From NCBI GenBank assembly GCA_964035545.1, contig OZ037771.1, forward strand, positions 9,738,480 to 9,802,479: a stretch of 64,000 nt of DNA. The letters are read 5' to 3'. Source of the DNA: Bugula neritina (taxonomy: Eukaryota; Animalia; Bryozoa). The notes beneath the pieces were generated by a model. The model was not told the origin of the DNA, did no database searches, and worked only from the letters and a program-made list of their open reading frames with translations. This document shows, piece by piece, positions 45,240-60,545 of this stretch (the first letter of the stretch is position 1; each line of letters begins with the position of its first letter). The translations under genes and the position numbers were made by a program.

Positions 45240-48200
45240 TGCAACATACTGAAAGACACTTCAACTCACTGAAGTATAGTGTAATATACGGAAATGTACT
45301 GTAACATACAGATATTTACTGTAACACACTGAAATATACTGCAACATACTGAAATACACTGTAACATACCGAAATAAACTGCAACATAATGCAACATACT
45401 GAATTACACTGTAACATACTAAAATACACTGCAACGTTCTGCAACATACTTCACTGTACTGAAAGACACTGTAACATAATGAAATACACTGCAACACATT
45501 AAAATATACCGCAACAGACTGGAATATACTGCAACACATCCAAGTACATCGTAATATACGGACATGTACCGTAACATACTGGAACATACTGAAACATACT
45601 GCAACATTCTGAAGTACACTGTAAAATATTGAAATACACTGCAACAAACTGCAACATACTGAAGTACACTGTACATATTGAAAAACACTGCAACACACTG
45701 AAATATACTGCAATACACTGAAATATACTGCAAAATACTGAATTATACTTCAACATACTGCAACATACTGAAAGACACTACAACTCACTGAAGTATATTG
45801 CAATATACAGAAATGTACTCCAACATACTGATATTTAATGCTACACACTGAAATATACTACAACATACTGAAATACACTGCAACATACCGAAATAAGCTG
45901 CAACATACTGCAACATACTGAAATACACTGTGACATGATGTAGTACACTGCAACACATTGAGATATACTGCAAAAAACGGAAATACATTGCAACAATTCG
46001 AAGTATATCGTAATAAACGAACATGTACTGTAACATACTGAAACACACTGAAACATACTGAAACATACTGAAACATACTGAAACATACTGAAATACACTG
46101 CAACATACTGCAACATACTGAAACATACTGTAACATTATGAAATACACTGCAACACATTGAAGTATACTGCAACAAACTGAAATATACTGCAACGTATTA
46201 AAACGTACTGCAACCTACTGAAATACATTGCAGCATATCGAAGTATATCGTAATATACGGACATGTACTGAAACATACTGAAACATACTGAAACTTACTG
46301 AGATACACTGCAACATACTGCAACATACTGAAGTACACTGCAAAATATTAAATTACACTGCAACACGTTGGAATATACTGCAACACACTGAAATATACTG
46401 CAACATACTTAAATATACTGCAACATACTGAAATACACTGTAACATACCGAAATAAGCTGCAACATACTGCAACATACTGAAATACACTGTAACATAATG
46501 AAGTACACTGCAACACATTGAAATACACTGCAACAAACTGAAATATACTGCAACATAGTGAAATGTACTGCAACCTACTGAAATACATTGCAACATATCG
46601 AAGTATATCGTAATAAACGGACATGTACTGTAACATACTGAAACACACTGAAACATACTGAAACATTCTGAAACATACTGAAACATACTGAAATACACTG
46701 CAACAAACTGCAACATACTGAAACATACTGTAACATGATGAAATACACTGCAACACATTGAAATATACTGCAACAAACTGAAATATACTGCAACATACTG
46801 AATTGTACTGCAACATACTGAAATTAATTGCAACATATCGAAGTATATCGTAATATACGGACAAGTACTGTAACATACTGAAACACACTGAAACATACTG
46901 AAACATACTGAAACATACTGAAGCATACTGAAACATACTGAGATACACTGCAACATACTGCAACATACTGAAATACACTGTAACATGATGAAATACACTA
47001 CAACACATTGAAATATACTGCAACAAACTGAAATATACTGCAACATACTGAAACGTGCTGCAACATCCTGAAATACATTGCAATATATCGAAGTATATCG
47101 TAATATACGGACATGTACTGTAACATACTGAAACACACTGAAACATACTGAAACATACTGAAATATACTGAAATATACTGAAATACACTGTAACACATTG
47201 AAAAATACTGCAACATACTGAAAGACACTTCAACTCACTGAAGTATAGTGTAATATACGGAAATGTACTGTAACATACTGATATTTACTGTAACACACTG
47301 AAATATACTGCAACATACTGAAATACACTGTAACATACCGAAATAAACTGCAACATAATGCAACATACTGAATTACACTGTAACATACTAAAATACACTG
47401 CAACGTTCTGCAAAATACTTCAACGTACTGAAAGACACTGTAACATAATGAAATACACTGCAACACATTAAAATATACCGCGACAGACTGGAATATACTG
47501 CAACACATCCAAGTACATCGTAGTATACGGACATGTATCGTAACATACTGGAACATACTGAAACATACTGCAACATTCTGAAGTACACTGTAAAATATTG
47601 AAATACACTGCAACAAACTGCAACATGCTGAAGTACACTGTACATATTGAAAAACACTGCAACACACTGAAATATACTGCAACACACTGAAATATACTGC
47701 AAATTATTGAATTATACTTCAACATGCTGCAACATACTGAAAGACACTACAACTCACTGAAGTATAGTGCAATATACAGAAATGTACTCTAACATACTGA
47801 TATTTAATGCTACACACTGAAATATACTACAACATACTGAAATACACTGCAACATACCGAAATAAGCTGCAACATACTGCAACATACTGAAATACACTGT
47901 AACATGATGTAGTACACTGCAACACATTGAAATATACTGCAACAAACTGAAATACATTGCAACATATCGAAGTATATCGTAATAAACGAACATGTACTGT
48001 AACATACTGAAACACACTGAAACATACTGAAACATACTGAAACATACTGAAACATACTGAAATACACTGCAACATACTGCAACATACTGAAACATACTGT
48101 AACATTATGAAATACACTGCAACACATTGAAATATACTGCAACAAACTGAAATATACTGCAACATACTAAAACGTACTGCAACATACTGAAATACATTGC

Positions 48201-48370
48201 AACATATCGAAGTATATCAGAATATACGGACATGTACTGAAACATACTGAAACATACTGAAACTTACTGAGATACACTGCAACATACTGCAACATACTGA
48301 AGTACACTGCAAAACATTAAATTACACTGCAACACGTTGGAATATACTGCAACACACTGAAATATACTGC
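45240..48370 (+). repeat. 1969-bp period: ~45240-46400 repeated, with more divergence, at ~47209-48370
   Basis: ORF pairs 45261/47230, 45419/47388, 45785/47754 and 46348/48317 are offset by 1969. Confidence 0.78.
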
Positions 48371-51300
48371 AACATACTGAAATATACTGCAACATACTTC
48401 AACACACTGAAATATACTAAAACATACTGAAATATACTGCAACATACTGCAACATACTGAAATACACCATAAAAAACTGAAATACACTGCAACACATTGA
48501 AATATACTGCAACAAACTGAAATATACTGCAACATACTGAAACGTACTGCAACATACTGAAATACATTGCAACATATCGAAGTATATCGTAATATACGGA
48601 CATGTACTGTAACATACTGAAACACACTGAAACATACTGAAACATACTGAAATATACTGAATTACACTGTAACACACTGAAAAGTACTGCAACATACTGA
48701 AAGACACTTCAACTCACTGAAGTATAGTGTAATATACGGAAATGTACTGTAACATACTGATATTTACAGTAACACGCTGAAATATACTGCAACGTACTGA
48801 AATACACTGTAACATACCGAAATAAACTGCAACATAATGCAACATAATGAATTACACTGTAAAATACTAAAATACACTGCAACATTCTGGAACATACTTC
48901 AACATACTGAAATACATTGTAACATAATGAAATACACTGCAAAATACTGCAACATACTGAAGTACACTGTAAAATATTGAAATACACTGCAACACATTGG
49001 AATATACTGCAACACACTGAAATATACTGCAACATACTGAATTATACTGCAACATACTGCAACATACTGAAATACACTGTAACATACTGCAACATACTGA
49101 AATACACCGTAGCAAACTGAAATACACTGCAACACATTGGAATATACTGCAACATACCCAAATATATGGTAACATAATGAAATACCCTGCAACAGACTGC
49201 AACATACTGAAGGACACTGTAAAATATTGAAATACACTGCAACACATTGGAATATACTGCAACATACCCAAATAACTGGTAATATACTGAAATATACTGA
49301 AATACACTGTAACACATTGAAAAAGACTGCAACATACTGAAAGACACTACAACTCACTGAAGTATACTGTATTATACGGAAATGTACTGTAAGATACTGA
49401 TATTTACTGCAACACACTGAAAAATACTGCAACATACTGAAATACACTGTAACATACCATAAAAAACTGCAACATACTGCAACATACTGAAATACACTGT
49501 AACATACTAAAATACACTGCAACATTCTGCAACATTCTTCTACATACTGAAAGACACTGTAACATAATGAAATACACTGCAACACATTGAAATATACCGC
49601 AACGCACTGGAATATACTGCAACACATCCAAGTACATCGTAATATACGGACATGTACTGTAACATACTGAAACATACTGAAACAAACTGCAACATTCTGA
49701 AGTACACTGTAAAATATTGAAATACAATGCAACACATTGGAATATACTGCAACACACTGAAATTTACTGCAAGATACTGAAATATACTGCAACATACTGC
49801 AACATACTGAAATACACTGTAACATACTGTAACATACGGAAATACACTGCAACAAACTACAACATACTGAAATACACTGTAACACATTGAAATATATTGC
49901 AACATACTGAAACACACTACAACTCACTGAGGTATAGTGCAATATACAAAAATGTACTGTAACATACTGATATTTACTGTAACATACTGAAATATACTGC
50001 AACATACTGAAGTACACTGTAACATTCGGAAATAAGCTGCAACATACTGCAACATACTGAAATACACTGTAACATACTAAGATACACTGCAACATACTAA
50101 AATACACTGCAACATTCTGCAACATACTTCAACATACTGAATCACACTGTAACATAGTGAAATACACTGCAGCACATTGAAATATACTGCAACATATTGA
50201 AATGTACTGCAACATACTGAAATACACTGCAACATATTGAAGTATATTGTAATATGCGGACATGTACTGTAACATACTGAAACACACTGAAACATACTGA
50301 AACATACTGAAAGATACTTCAACACACTGAAATATACTAAAACATACTGAAATACACTGCAACATACTGCAACATACTGAAATACACTGAAACATACTGA
50401 AATATACTGAAACATACTGAAATACACTGTAACAAACTGAAATACACTGCAACAAGTTGGAATATACTGCAACATACCCAAATAAATGATAATATACTGA
50501 AATATACTGAAATACACTGTAACACATTGAAAAATACTGCAACATACTTAAACACACTACAACTCACTGAAGTATAGTGTAACTTACTGAAATGTACTGT
50601 AACATACTGATATTTACTGCAACACACTGAAACATACTGCAACATACTGAAATACACTGTTACATGCCAAAATAAACTGCAACATACTGCAACATACTGA
50701 AATACACCGTAACATACTCAAATACCCTGCAATATTCTGCAACATATTGAAATATACTGCAACACACTGAAATATACTGCAACACACTGAAATATACTGC
50801 AAAATACTGAAATATACTTCAACATACTGCAACATACTGAAAGACACTACAACTCACTGAACTATAGTGCAATATACAGAACTGTACTCTAACATACTGA
50901 TATTTAATGTTACACACTGAAATATACTACAACATACTGAAATACACTATAACATACCGAAATAAGCTGCAACATACTGCAGCGTACTGAAATACACTGT
51001 AACATGATGAAGTACACTGCAGCACATTGAAATACACTGCAAAAAACTGAAATATACTGCAACATACTGAAATGTACTGCAACATAGTGAAATACATTGC
51101 AACATATCGAAGTATATCGTAATAAACGGACATGTACTGTAACATACTGAAACACACTGAAACATACTGAAACATACTGAAACATACTGAAACATACTGA
51201 AACATACTGAAATCCACTGCAACAAACTGCAACGTACTGAAACATACTGTAACATGATGAAATACACTGCAACACATTGAAATATACTGCAACAAACTGA

Positions 51301-53629
51301 AATATACTGCAACATACTGAAACGTACTGCAACATACTGAAATTAATTGCAACATATCGAAGTATATCGTAGTAAACGGACATGTACTGTAACATACTGA
51401 AACACACTGAAACATACTGAAACATACTGAAACATACTGAAATACACTGCAACATACTGCAACATACTGAAGCATACTGTAACATTATGAAATACACTGC
51501 AACACATTGAAATATACTGCAACAAACTGAAATATACTGCAACATACTAAAACGCACTGCAACGTACTGAAATACATTGCAATATATCGAAGTATATCGT
51601 AATATACGGACATGTACTGTAGCATACTGAAACACACTGAAACATACTGAAACATACTGAAATATACTGAAATATACAGAAATACACTGTAACACATTGG
51701 AAAATACTGCAACATACTGAAAGCCACTTCAACTCACTGAAGTATAGTGTAATATACGGAAATGTACTGTAACATACTGATATTTACTGTAACATACCGA
51801 AATAAACTGCAACATAATGCAACATACTGCATTACACTGTAACATGATGAAGTACACTGCAACACATTGAAATACACTGCAACAAACTGAAATATACTGC
51901 AACATACTGAAATGTACTGCAACATACTGAAATACACTGTGACATACCGAAATTAACTGCAACATAATGCAACATAATGAATTACACTGTAAAATACTAA
52001 AATACACTGCAACATTCTGGAACATACTTCAACATACTGAAATACACTGTAACATAATGAAATACACTGCAAAATACTGCAACATACTGAAGTACACTGT
52101 AAAATATTGAAATACACTGCAACACATTGGAATCTACTGCAACACACTGAAATATACTGCAACATACTGAAATGTACTGCAACATACTGCAACATACTGA
52201 AATACACTGTAACATACTGCAACATACTGAAATACACTGTAGCAAACTGAAATACACTGCAACACATTGGAATTTACTGCAACATACCCAAATATATGGT
52301 AACATAATGAAATACCCTGCAACATACTGCAAAATACTGAAGTACACTGTAAAATATTGAAATACACTGCAACACATTGGAATATACTGCAAAATACCCA
52401 AATAACTGGTAATATACTGAAATATACTGAAATACACTGTAACACATTGAAAAAGACTGCAACATACTGAAAGACACTACAACTCACTGAAGTATAGTGT
52501 ATTATACGGAAATGTACTGTAACATACTGATATTTACTGCAACACACTGAAATATACTGCAACATACTGAAATACACTGTAACATACCATAAAAAACTGC
52601 AACATACTGCAACATACTGAAATACACTGCAACATACTAAAATACACTGCAACATTCTGCAACATACTTCAACATACTGAAATACACTGTAACATAATGA
52701 CATACACTGCAGCACATTGAAATATACTGCAACATACTGAAATGTACTGCAACATACTGAAATACACTGCAACATATTGAAGTATATTGTAATATGCGGA
52801 CATGTACTGTAACATACTGAAACACACTGAAACATACTGAAACATACTGAAACATACTTCAACACACTGAAATATACTAAAACATACTGAAATATACTGC
52901 AACATACTGCAACATACTGAAATACACTGAAACATACTGAAATATACTGAAACATACTGAAATACACTGTAACAAACTGAAATACACTGCAACAAGTTGG
53001 AATATACTGCAACATACCCAAATAAATGGTAATATACTGAAACATACTGAAATACATTGTAACACATTGAAAAATACTGCAACACACTGAAAGACACTAC
53101 AACTCACTGAAGTATAGTGCAATATACAGAAATGTACTCTAACATACTGATATTTAATGTTACACATTGAAATATACTACAACATACTGAAATACACTGT
53201 AACATACCGATATAAGCTGCAACATACTGCAACATACTGAAATACACCGTAACATAATGAAGTACACTGCAACACATTGAAATACACTGCAACAAACTGA
53301 AATATACTGCAACATACTGAAATGTACTGCAACATACTGAAATACATTGCAACATATCGAAGTATATCGTGATTAACGGACATGTACTGTAACATACTGA
53401 AACACACTGAAACATACTGAAACATACTGAAACATACTGAAACATACTGAAATACACTGCAACAAACTGCAACATACTGAAACATACTGTAACATGATGA
53501 AATACACTGCAACACATTGAAATATACTGCAACATACTGAAAGACACTTCAACTCACTGAAGTATAGTGTAATATACGGAAATGTACTGTAACATACTGA
53601 TATTTACTGTAACACACTGAAATATACTG

Positions 53630-55750
53630 TAACATTATGAAATACACTGCAACACATTGAAATATACTGCAACAAACTGAAATATACTGCAACATACTAA
53701 AACGTACTGCAACATACTGAAATACATTGCAACATATCGAAGTATATCGTAATATACGGACATGTACTGAAACATACTGAAACATACTGAAACTTACTGA
53801 GATACACTGCAACATACTGCAACATACTGAAGTACACTGCAAAATATTAAATTACACTGCAACACGTTGGAATATACTGCAACACACTGAAATATACTGC
53901 AACATACTGAAATATACTGCAACATACTTCAACACACTGAAACATACTAAAACATACTGAAATATACTGCAACATACTGCAACATACTGAAATACACCAT
54001 AAAAAACTGAAATACACTGCAACACATTGAAATATACTGCAACAAACTGAAATATACTGCAACATACTGAAACGTACTGCAACATACTGAAATACATTGC
54101 AACATATCGAAGTATATCGTAATATACGGACATGTACTGTAACATACTGAAACACACTGAAACATACTGAAACATACTGAAATATACTGAATTACACTGT
54201 AACACACTGAAAAGTACTGCAACATACTGAAAGACACTTCAACTCACTGAAGTATAGTGTAATATACGGAAATGTAGTGTAACATACTGATATTTACAGT
54301 AACACGCTGAAATATACTGCAACATACCGAAATACACTGTAACATACCGAAATAAACTGCAACATAATGCAACATAATGAATTACACTGTAAAATACTAA
54401 AATACACTGCAACATTCTGGAACATACTTCAACGTACTGAAATACACTGTAACATAATGAAATACACTGCAAAATACTGCAACATACTGAAGTACACTGT
54501 AAAATATTGAAATACACTGCAACACATTGGAATATACTGCAACACACTGAAATATACTGCAACATACTGAAATATACTGCAACATACTGCAACATACTGA
54601 AATACACTGTAACATACTGCAACATACTGAAATACACTGTAGCAAACTGAAATACACTGCAACACATTGGAATATACTGCAACATACCCAAATATATGGT
54701 AACATAATGAAGTACCCTGCAACATACTGCATCATACTGAAGTACACTGTAAAATATTGAAATACACTGCAACACATTGGAATATACTGCAACATACCCA
54801 AATAACTGGTAATATACTGAAATATACTGAAATACACTGTAACACATTGAAAAAGACTGCAACATACTGAAAGACACTACAACTCACTGAAGTATAGTGT
54901 ATTATACGGAAATGTACTGTAAGATACTGATATTTACTGCAACACACTGAAAAATACTGCAACATACTGAAATACACTGTAACATACCATAAAAAACTGC
55001 AACATACTGCAACATACTGAAATAAACTGTAACATACTAAAATACACTGCAACATTCTGCAACATTCTTCTACATACTGAAAGACACTGTAACATAATGA
55101 AATACACTGCAACACATTGAAATATACCGCAACGCACTGGAATATACTGCAACACATCCAAGTACATCGTAATATACGGACATGTACTGTAACATACTGA
55201 AACATACTGAAACAAACTGCAACATTCTGAAGTACACTGTAAAATATTGAAATACAATGCAACACATTGAAATATACTGCAACACACTGAAATTTACTGC
55301 AACATACTGAAATATACTGCAACATACTGCAACATACTGAAATACACTGTAACATACTGTAACATACTGAAATACACTGCAACAAACTACAACATACTGA
55401 AATACACTGTAACACATTGAAATATATTGCAACATACTGAAACACACTACAACTCACTGAGGTATAGTGCAATATACAAAAATGTACTGTAACATACTGA
55501 TATTTACTGTAACATACTGAAATATACTGCAACATACTGAAGTACACTGTAACATTCGGAAATAAGCTGCAACATACTGCAACATACAGAAATACACTGT
55601 AACATACTAAAATACACTGCAACATACTCAAATACACTGCAACATTCTGCAACATACTTCAACATACTGAATCACACTGTAACATAGTGAAATACACTGC
55701 AGCACATTGAAATATACTGCAACATACTGAAATGTACTGCAACATACTGA
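53630..55750 (+). repeat. Dispersed copy of ~48100-50220 (offset 5530)
   Basis: ORF pairs 48317/53847, 48709/54239, 49404/54934 and 50129/55659 are offset by 5530. The variant aagatactgatattt is shared. Confidence 0.86.
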
Positions 55751-56526
55751 AATACACTGTAACATACCGAAATAAACTGCAACATAATGCAACATACTGA
55801 ATTACACTGTAACATACTAAAATACACTGCAACGTTCTGCAACATACTTCAACATACTGAAAGACACTGTAACATAATGAAATACACTGCAACACATTAA
55901 AATATACCGCAACAGACTGGAATATACTGCAACACATCCAAGTACATCGTAATATACGGACATGTACCGTAACATACTGGAACATACTGAAACATACTGC
56001 AACATTCTGAAGTACACTGTAAAATATTGAAATACACTGCAACAAACTGCAACATACTGAAGTACACTGTACATATTGAAAAACACTGCAACACACTGAA
56101 ATATACTGCAACACACTGAAATATACTGCAAAATACAGAATTATACTTCAACATACTGCAACATACTGAAAGACACTACAACTCACTGAAGTATAGTGCA
56201 ATATACAGAAATGTACTCTAACATACTGATATTTAATGCTACACACTGAAATATACTACAACATACTGAAATACACTGCAACATACCGAAATAAGCTGCA
56301 ACATACTGCAACGTACTGAAATACACTGTAACATGATGTAGTACACTGCAACACATTGAGATATACTGCAAAAAACTGAAATACATTGCAACATATCGAA
56401 GTATATCGTAATAAACGAACATGTACTGTAACATACTGAAACACACTGAAACATACTGAAACATACTGAAACATACTGAAACATACTGAAATACACTGCA
56501 ACATACTGCAACATACTGAAACATAC

Positions 56527-59070
56527 TGTAACATTATGAAATACACTGCAACACATTGAAATATACTGCAACAAACTGAAATATACTGCAACATACTAAA
56601 ACGCACTGCAACATACTGAAATACATTGCAATATATCGAAGTATATCGTAATATACGGACATGTACTGTAGCATACTGAAACACACTGAAACATACTGAA
56701 ACATACTGAAATATACTGAAATATACTGAAATACACTGTAACACATTGGAAAATACTGCAACATACTGAAAGCCACTTCAACTCACTGAAGTATAGTGTA
56801 ATATACGGAAATGTACTGTAACATACTGATATTTACTGTAACATACCGAAATAAACTGCAACATAATGCAACATACTGAATTACACTGTAACATGATGAA
56901 GTACACTGCAACACATTGAAATACACTGCAACAAACTGAAATATACTGCAACATACTGAAATGTACTGCAACATACTGAAATACACTGTAACATACCGAA
57001 AATAACTGCAACATAATGCAACATAATGAATTACACTGTAAAATACTAAAATACACTGCAACATTCTGGAACAGACTTCAACATACTGAAATACACTGTA
57101 ACATAATGAAATACACTGCAAAATACTGCAACATACTGAAGTACACTGTAAAATATTGAAATACACTGCAACACATTGGAATATACTGCAACACACTGAA
57201 ATATACTGCAACATAATGAAATATACTGCAACATACTGCAACATACTGAAATACACTGTAACATACTGCAACATACTGAAATACACTGTAGCAAACTGAA
57301 ATATACTGCAACACATTGGAATATACTGCAACATACCCAAATATATGGTAACATAATGAAATACCCTGCAACATACTGCAAAATACTGAAGTACACTGTA
57401 AAATATTGAAATACACTGCAACACATTGGAATATACTGCAACATACCCAAATAACTGGTAATATACTGAAATATACTGAAATACACTGTAACACATTGAA
57501 AAAGACTGCAACATACTGAAAGACGCTACAACTCACTGAAGTATAGTGTATTATACGGAAATGTACTGTAACATACTGTCATTTACTGCAACACACTGAA
57601 ATATACTGCAACATACTGAAATACACTGTAACATACCATAAAAAACTGCAACATACTGCAACATACTGAAATACACTGCAACATACTAAAATACACTGCA
57701 ACATTCTGCAACATACTTCAACATACTGAAATACACTGTAACATAATGAAATACACTGCAGCACATTGAAATATACTGCAACATACTGAAATGTACTGCA
57801 ACATACTGAAATACACTGCAACATATTGAAGTATATTGTAATATGCGGACATGTACTGTAACATACTGAAACACACTGAAACATACTGAAACATACTGAA
57901 ACATACTTCAACACACTGAAATATACTAAAACATACTGAAATATACTGCAACATACTGCAACATACTGAAATACACTGAAACATACTGAAATATACTGAA
58001 ACATACTGAAATACACTGTAACAAACTGAAATACACTGCAACAAGTTGGAATATACTGCAACATACCCAAATAAATGGTAATATACTGAAATATACTGAA
58101 ATACATTGTAACACATTGAAAAATACTGCAACACACTGAAAGACACTACAACTCACTGAAGTATAGTGCAATATACAGAAATGTACTCTAGCATACTGAT
58201 ATTGAATGTTACACACTGAAATATACTACAACATACTGAAATACACTGTAACATACCGAAATAAGCTGCAACATACTGCAACATACTGAAATACACTGTA
58301 ACATAATGAAGTACACTGCAACACATTGAAATACACTGCAACAAACTGAAATATACTGCAACATACTGAAATGTACTGCAACATACTGAAATACATTGCA
58401 ACATATAGAAGTATATCGTAATAAACGGACATGTACTGTAACATACTGAAACACACTGAAACATACTGAAACATACTGAAACATACTGAAACATACTGAA
58501 ATACACTGCAACAAACTGCAACATACTGAAACATACTGTAACATGATGAAATACACTGCAACACATTGAAATATACTGCAACATACTGAAAGACACTTCA
58601 ACTCACTGAAGTATAGTGTAATATACGGAAATGTACTGTAACATACTGATATTTACTCTAACACACTGAAATATACTGCAACATACTGAAATACACTGTA
58701 ACATACCGAAATAAACTGCAACATAATGCAACATACTGAATTACACTGTAACATACTAAAATACACTGCAACGTTCTGCAACATACTTCACTGTACTGAA
58801 AGACACTGTAACATAATGAAATACACTGCAACACATTAAAATATACCGCAACAGACTGGAATATACTGCAACACATCCAAGTACATCGTAATGTACGGAC
58901 ATGTACCGTAACATACTGGAACATACTGAAACATACTGCAACATTCTGAAGTACACTGTAAAATATTGAAATACACTGCAACAAACTGCAACATACTGAA
59001 GTACACTGTACATATTGAAAAACACTGAAACACACTGAAATATACTGCAATACACTGAAATATACTGCAA
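56527..59070 (+). repeat. Dispersed copy of ~43240-45730 (offset 13287, then 13337)
   Basis: The private variant gaaagacgctaca occurs at 44231 and 57518. ORF pairs 43247/56534, 44866/58153 and 45419/58756 support the offsets. Confidence 0.85.
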
Positions 59071-60545
59071 CATACTGAAAGACACTACAACTCACTGAAG
59101 TATAGTGCAATATACAGAAATGTACTCCAACATACTGATATTTAATGCTACACACTGAAATATACTACAACATACTGAAATACACTGCAACATACCGAAA
59201 TAAGCTGCAACATACTGCAACATACTGAAATACACTGTGACATGATGTAGTACACTGCAACACATTGAGATATACTGCAAAAAACGGAAATACATTGCAA
59301 CATATCGAAGTATATCGTAATAAACGAACATGTACTTTAACATACTGAAACACACTGAAACATACTGAAACATACTGAAACATACTGCAACATACTGAAA
59401 TACACTGTTACATGCCAAAATAAACTGCAACATACTGCAACATACTGAAATACACCGTAACATACTCAAATACCCTGCAATATTCTGCAACATATTGAAA
59501 TATACTGCAACACACTGAAATATACTGCAACACACTGAAATATACTGCAAAATACTGAAATATACTTCAACATACTGCAACATACTGAAAGACACTACAA
59601 CTCACTGAACTATAGTGCAATATACAGAACTGTACTCTAACATACTGATATTTAATGTTACACACTGAAATATACTGCAACAAACTGAAATACATTGCAA
59701 CATACTGAAAGACACTACAACTCACTGAAGTATAGTGCAATATACGGACATGTACCGTAACATACTGGAACATACTGAAACATACTGCAACATTCTGAAG
59801 CACACTGTAAAATATTGAAATACACTGCAACAAACTGCAACATACTGAAGTACACTGTACATATTGAAAAACACTGAAACACACTGAAATATACTGCAAT
59901 ACACTGAAATATACTGCAACAAACTGAAATACATTGCAACATACTGAAAGACACTACAACTCACTGAAGTATAGTGCAATATACAGAAATGTACTCCAAC
60001 ATACTGATATTTAATGCTACACACTGAAATATACTACAACATACTGAAATACACTGCAACATACCGAAATAAGCTGCAACATACTGCAACATACTGAAAT
60101 ACACTGTGACATGATGTAGTACACTGCAACACATTGAGATATACTGCAAAAAACGGAAATACATTGCAACATATCGAAGTATATCGTAATAAACGAACAT
60201 GTACTTTAACATACTGAAACACACTGAAACATACTGAAACATACTGAAACATACTGCAACATACTGAAATACACTGTTACATGCCAAAATAAACTGCAAC
60301 ATACTGCAACATACTGAAATACACCGTAACATACTCAAATACCCTGCAATATTCTGCAACATATTGAAATATACTGCAACACACTGAAATATACTGCAAC
60401 ACACTGAAATATACTGCAAAATACTGAAATATACTTCAACATACTGCAACATACTGAAAGACACTACAACTCACTGAACTATAGTGCAATATACAGAACT
60501 GTACTCTAACATACTGATATTTAATGTTACACACTGAAATATACT
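58895..60545 (+). repeat. 849/869-bp tandem duplication
   Basis: The 9-bp monomer lies at 59011 and 59860 (849). L1 lies at 59091/59960 and 59601/60470 (869). ORFs 59092 and 59961 are identical. Confidence 0.87.
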
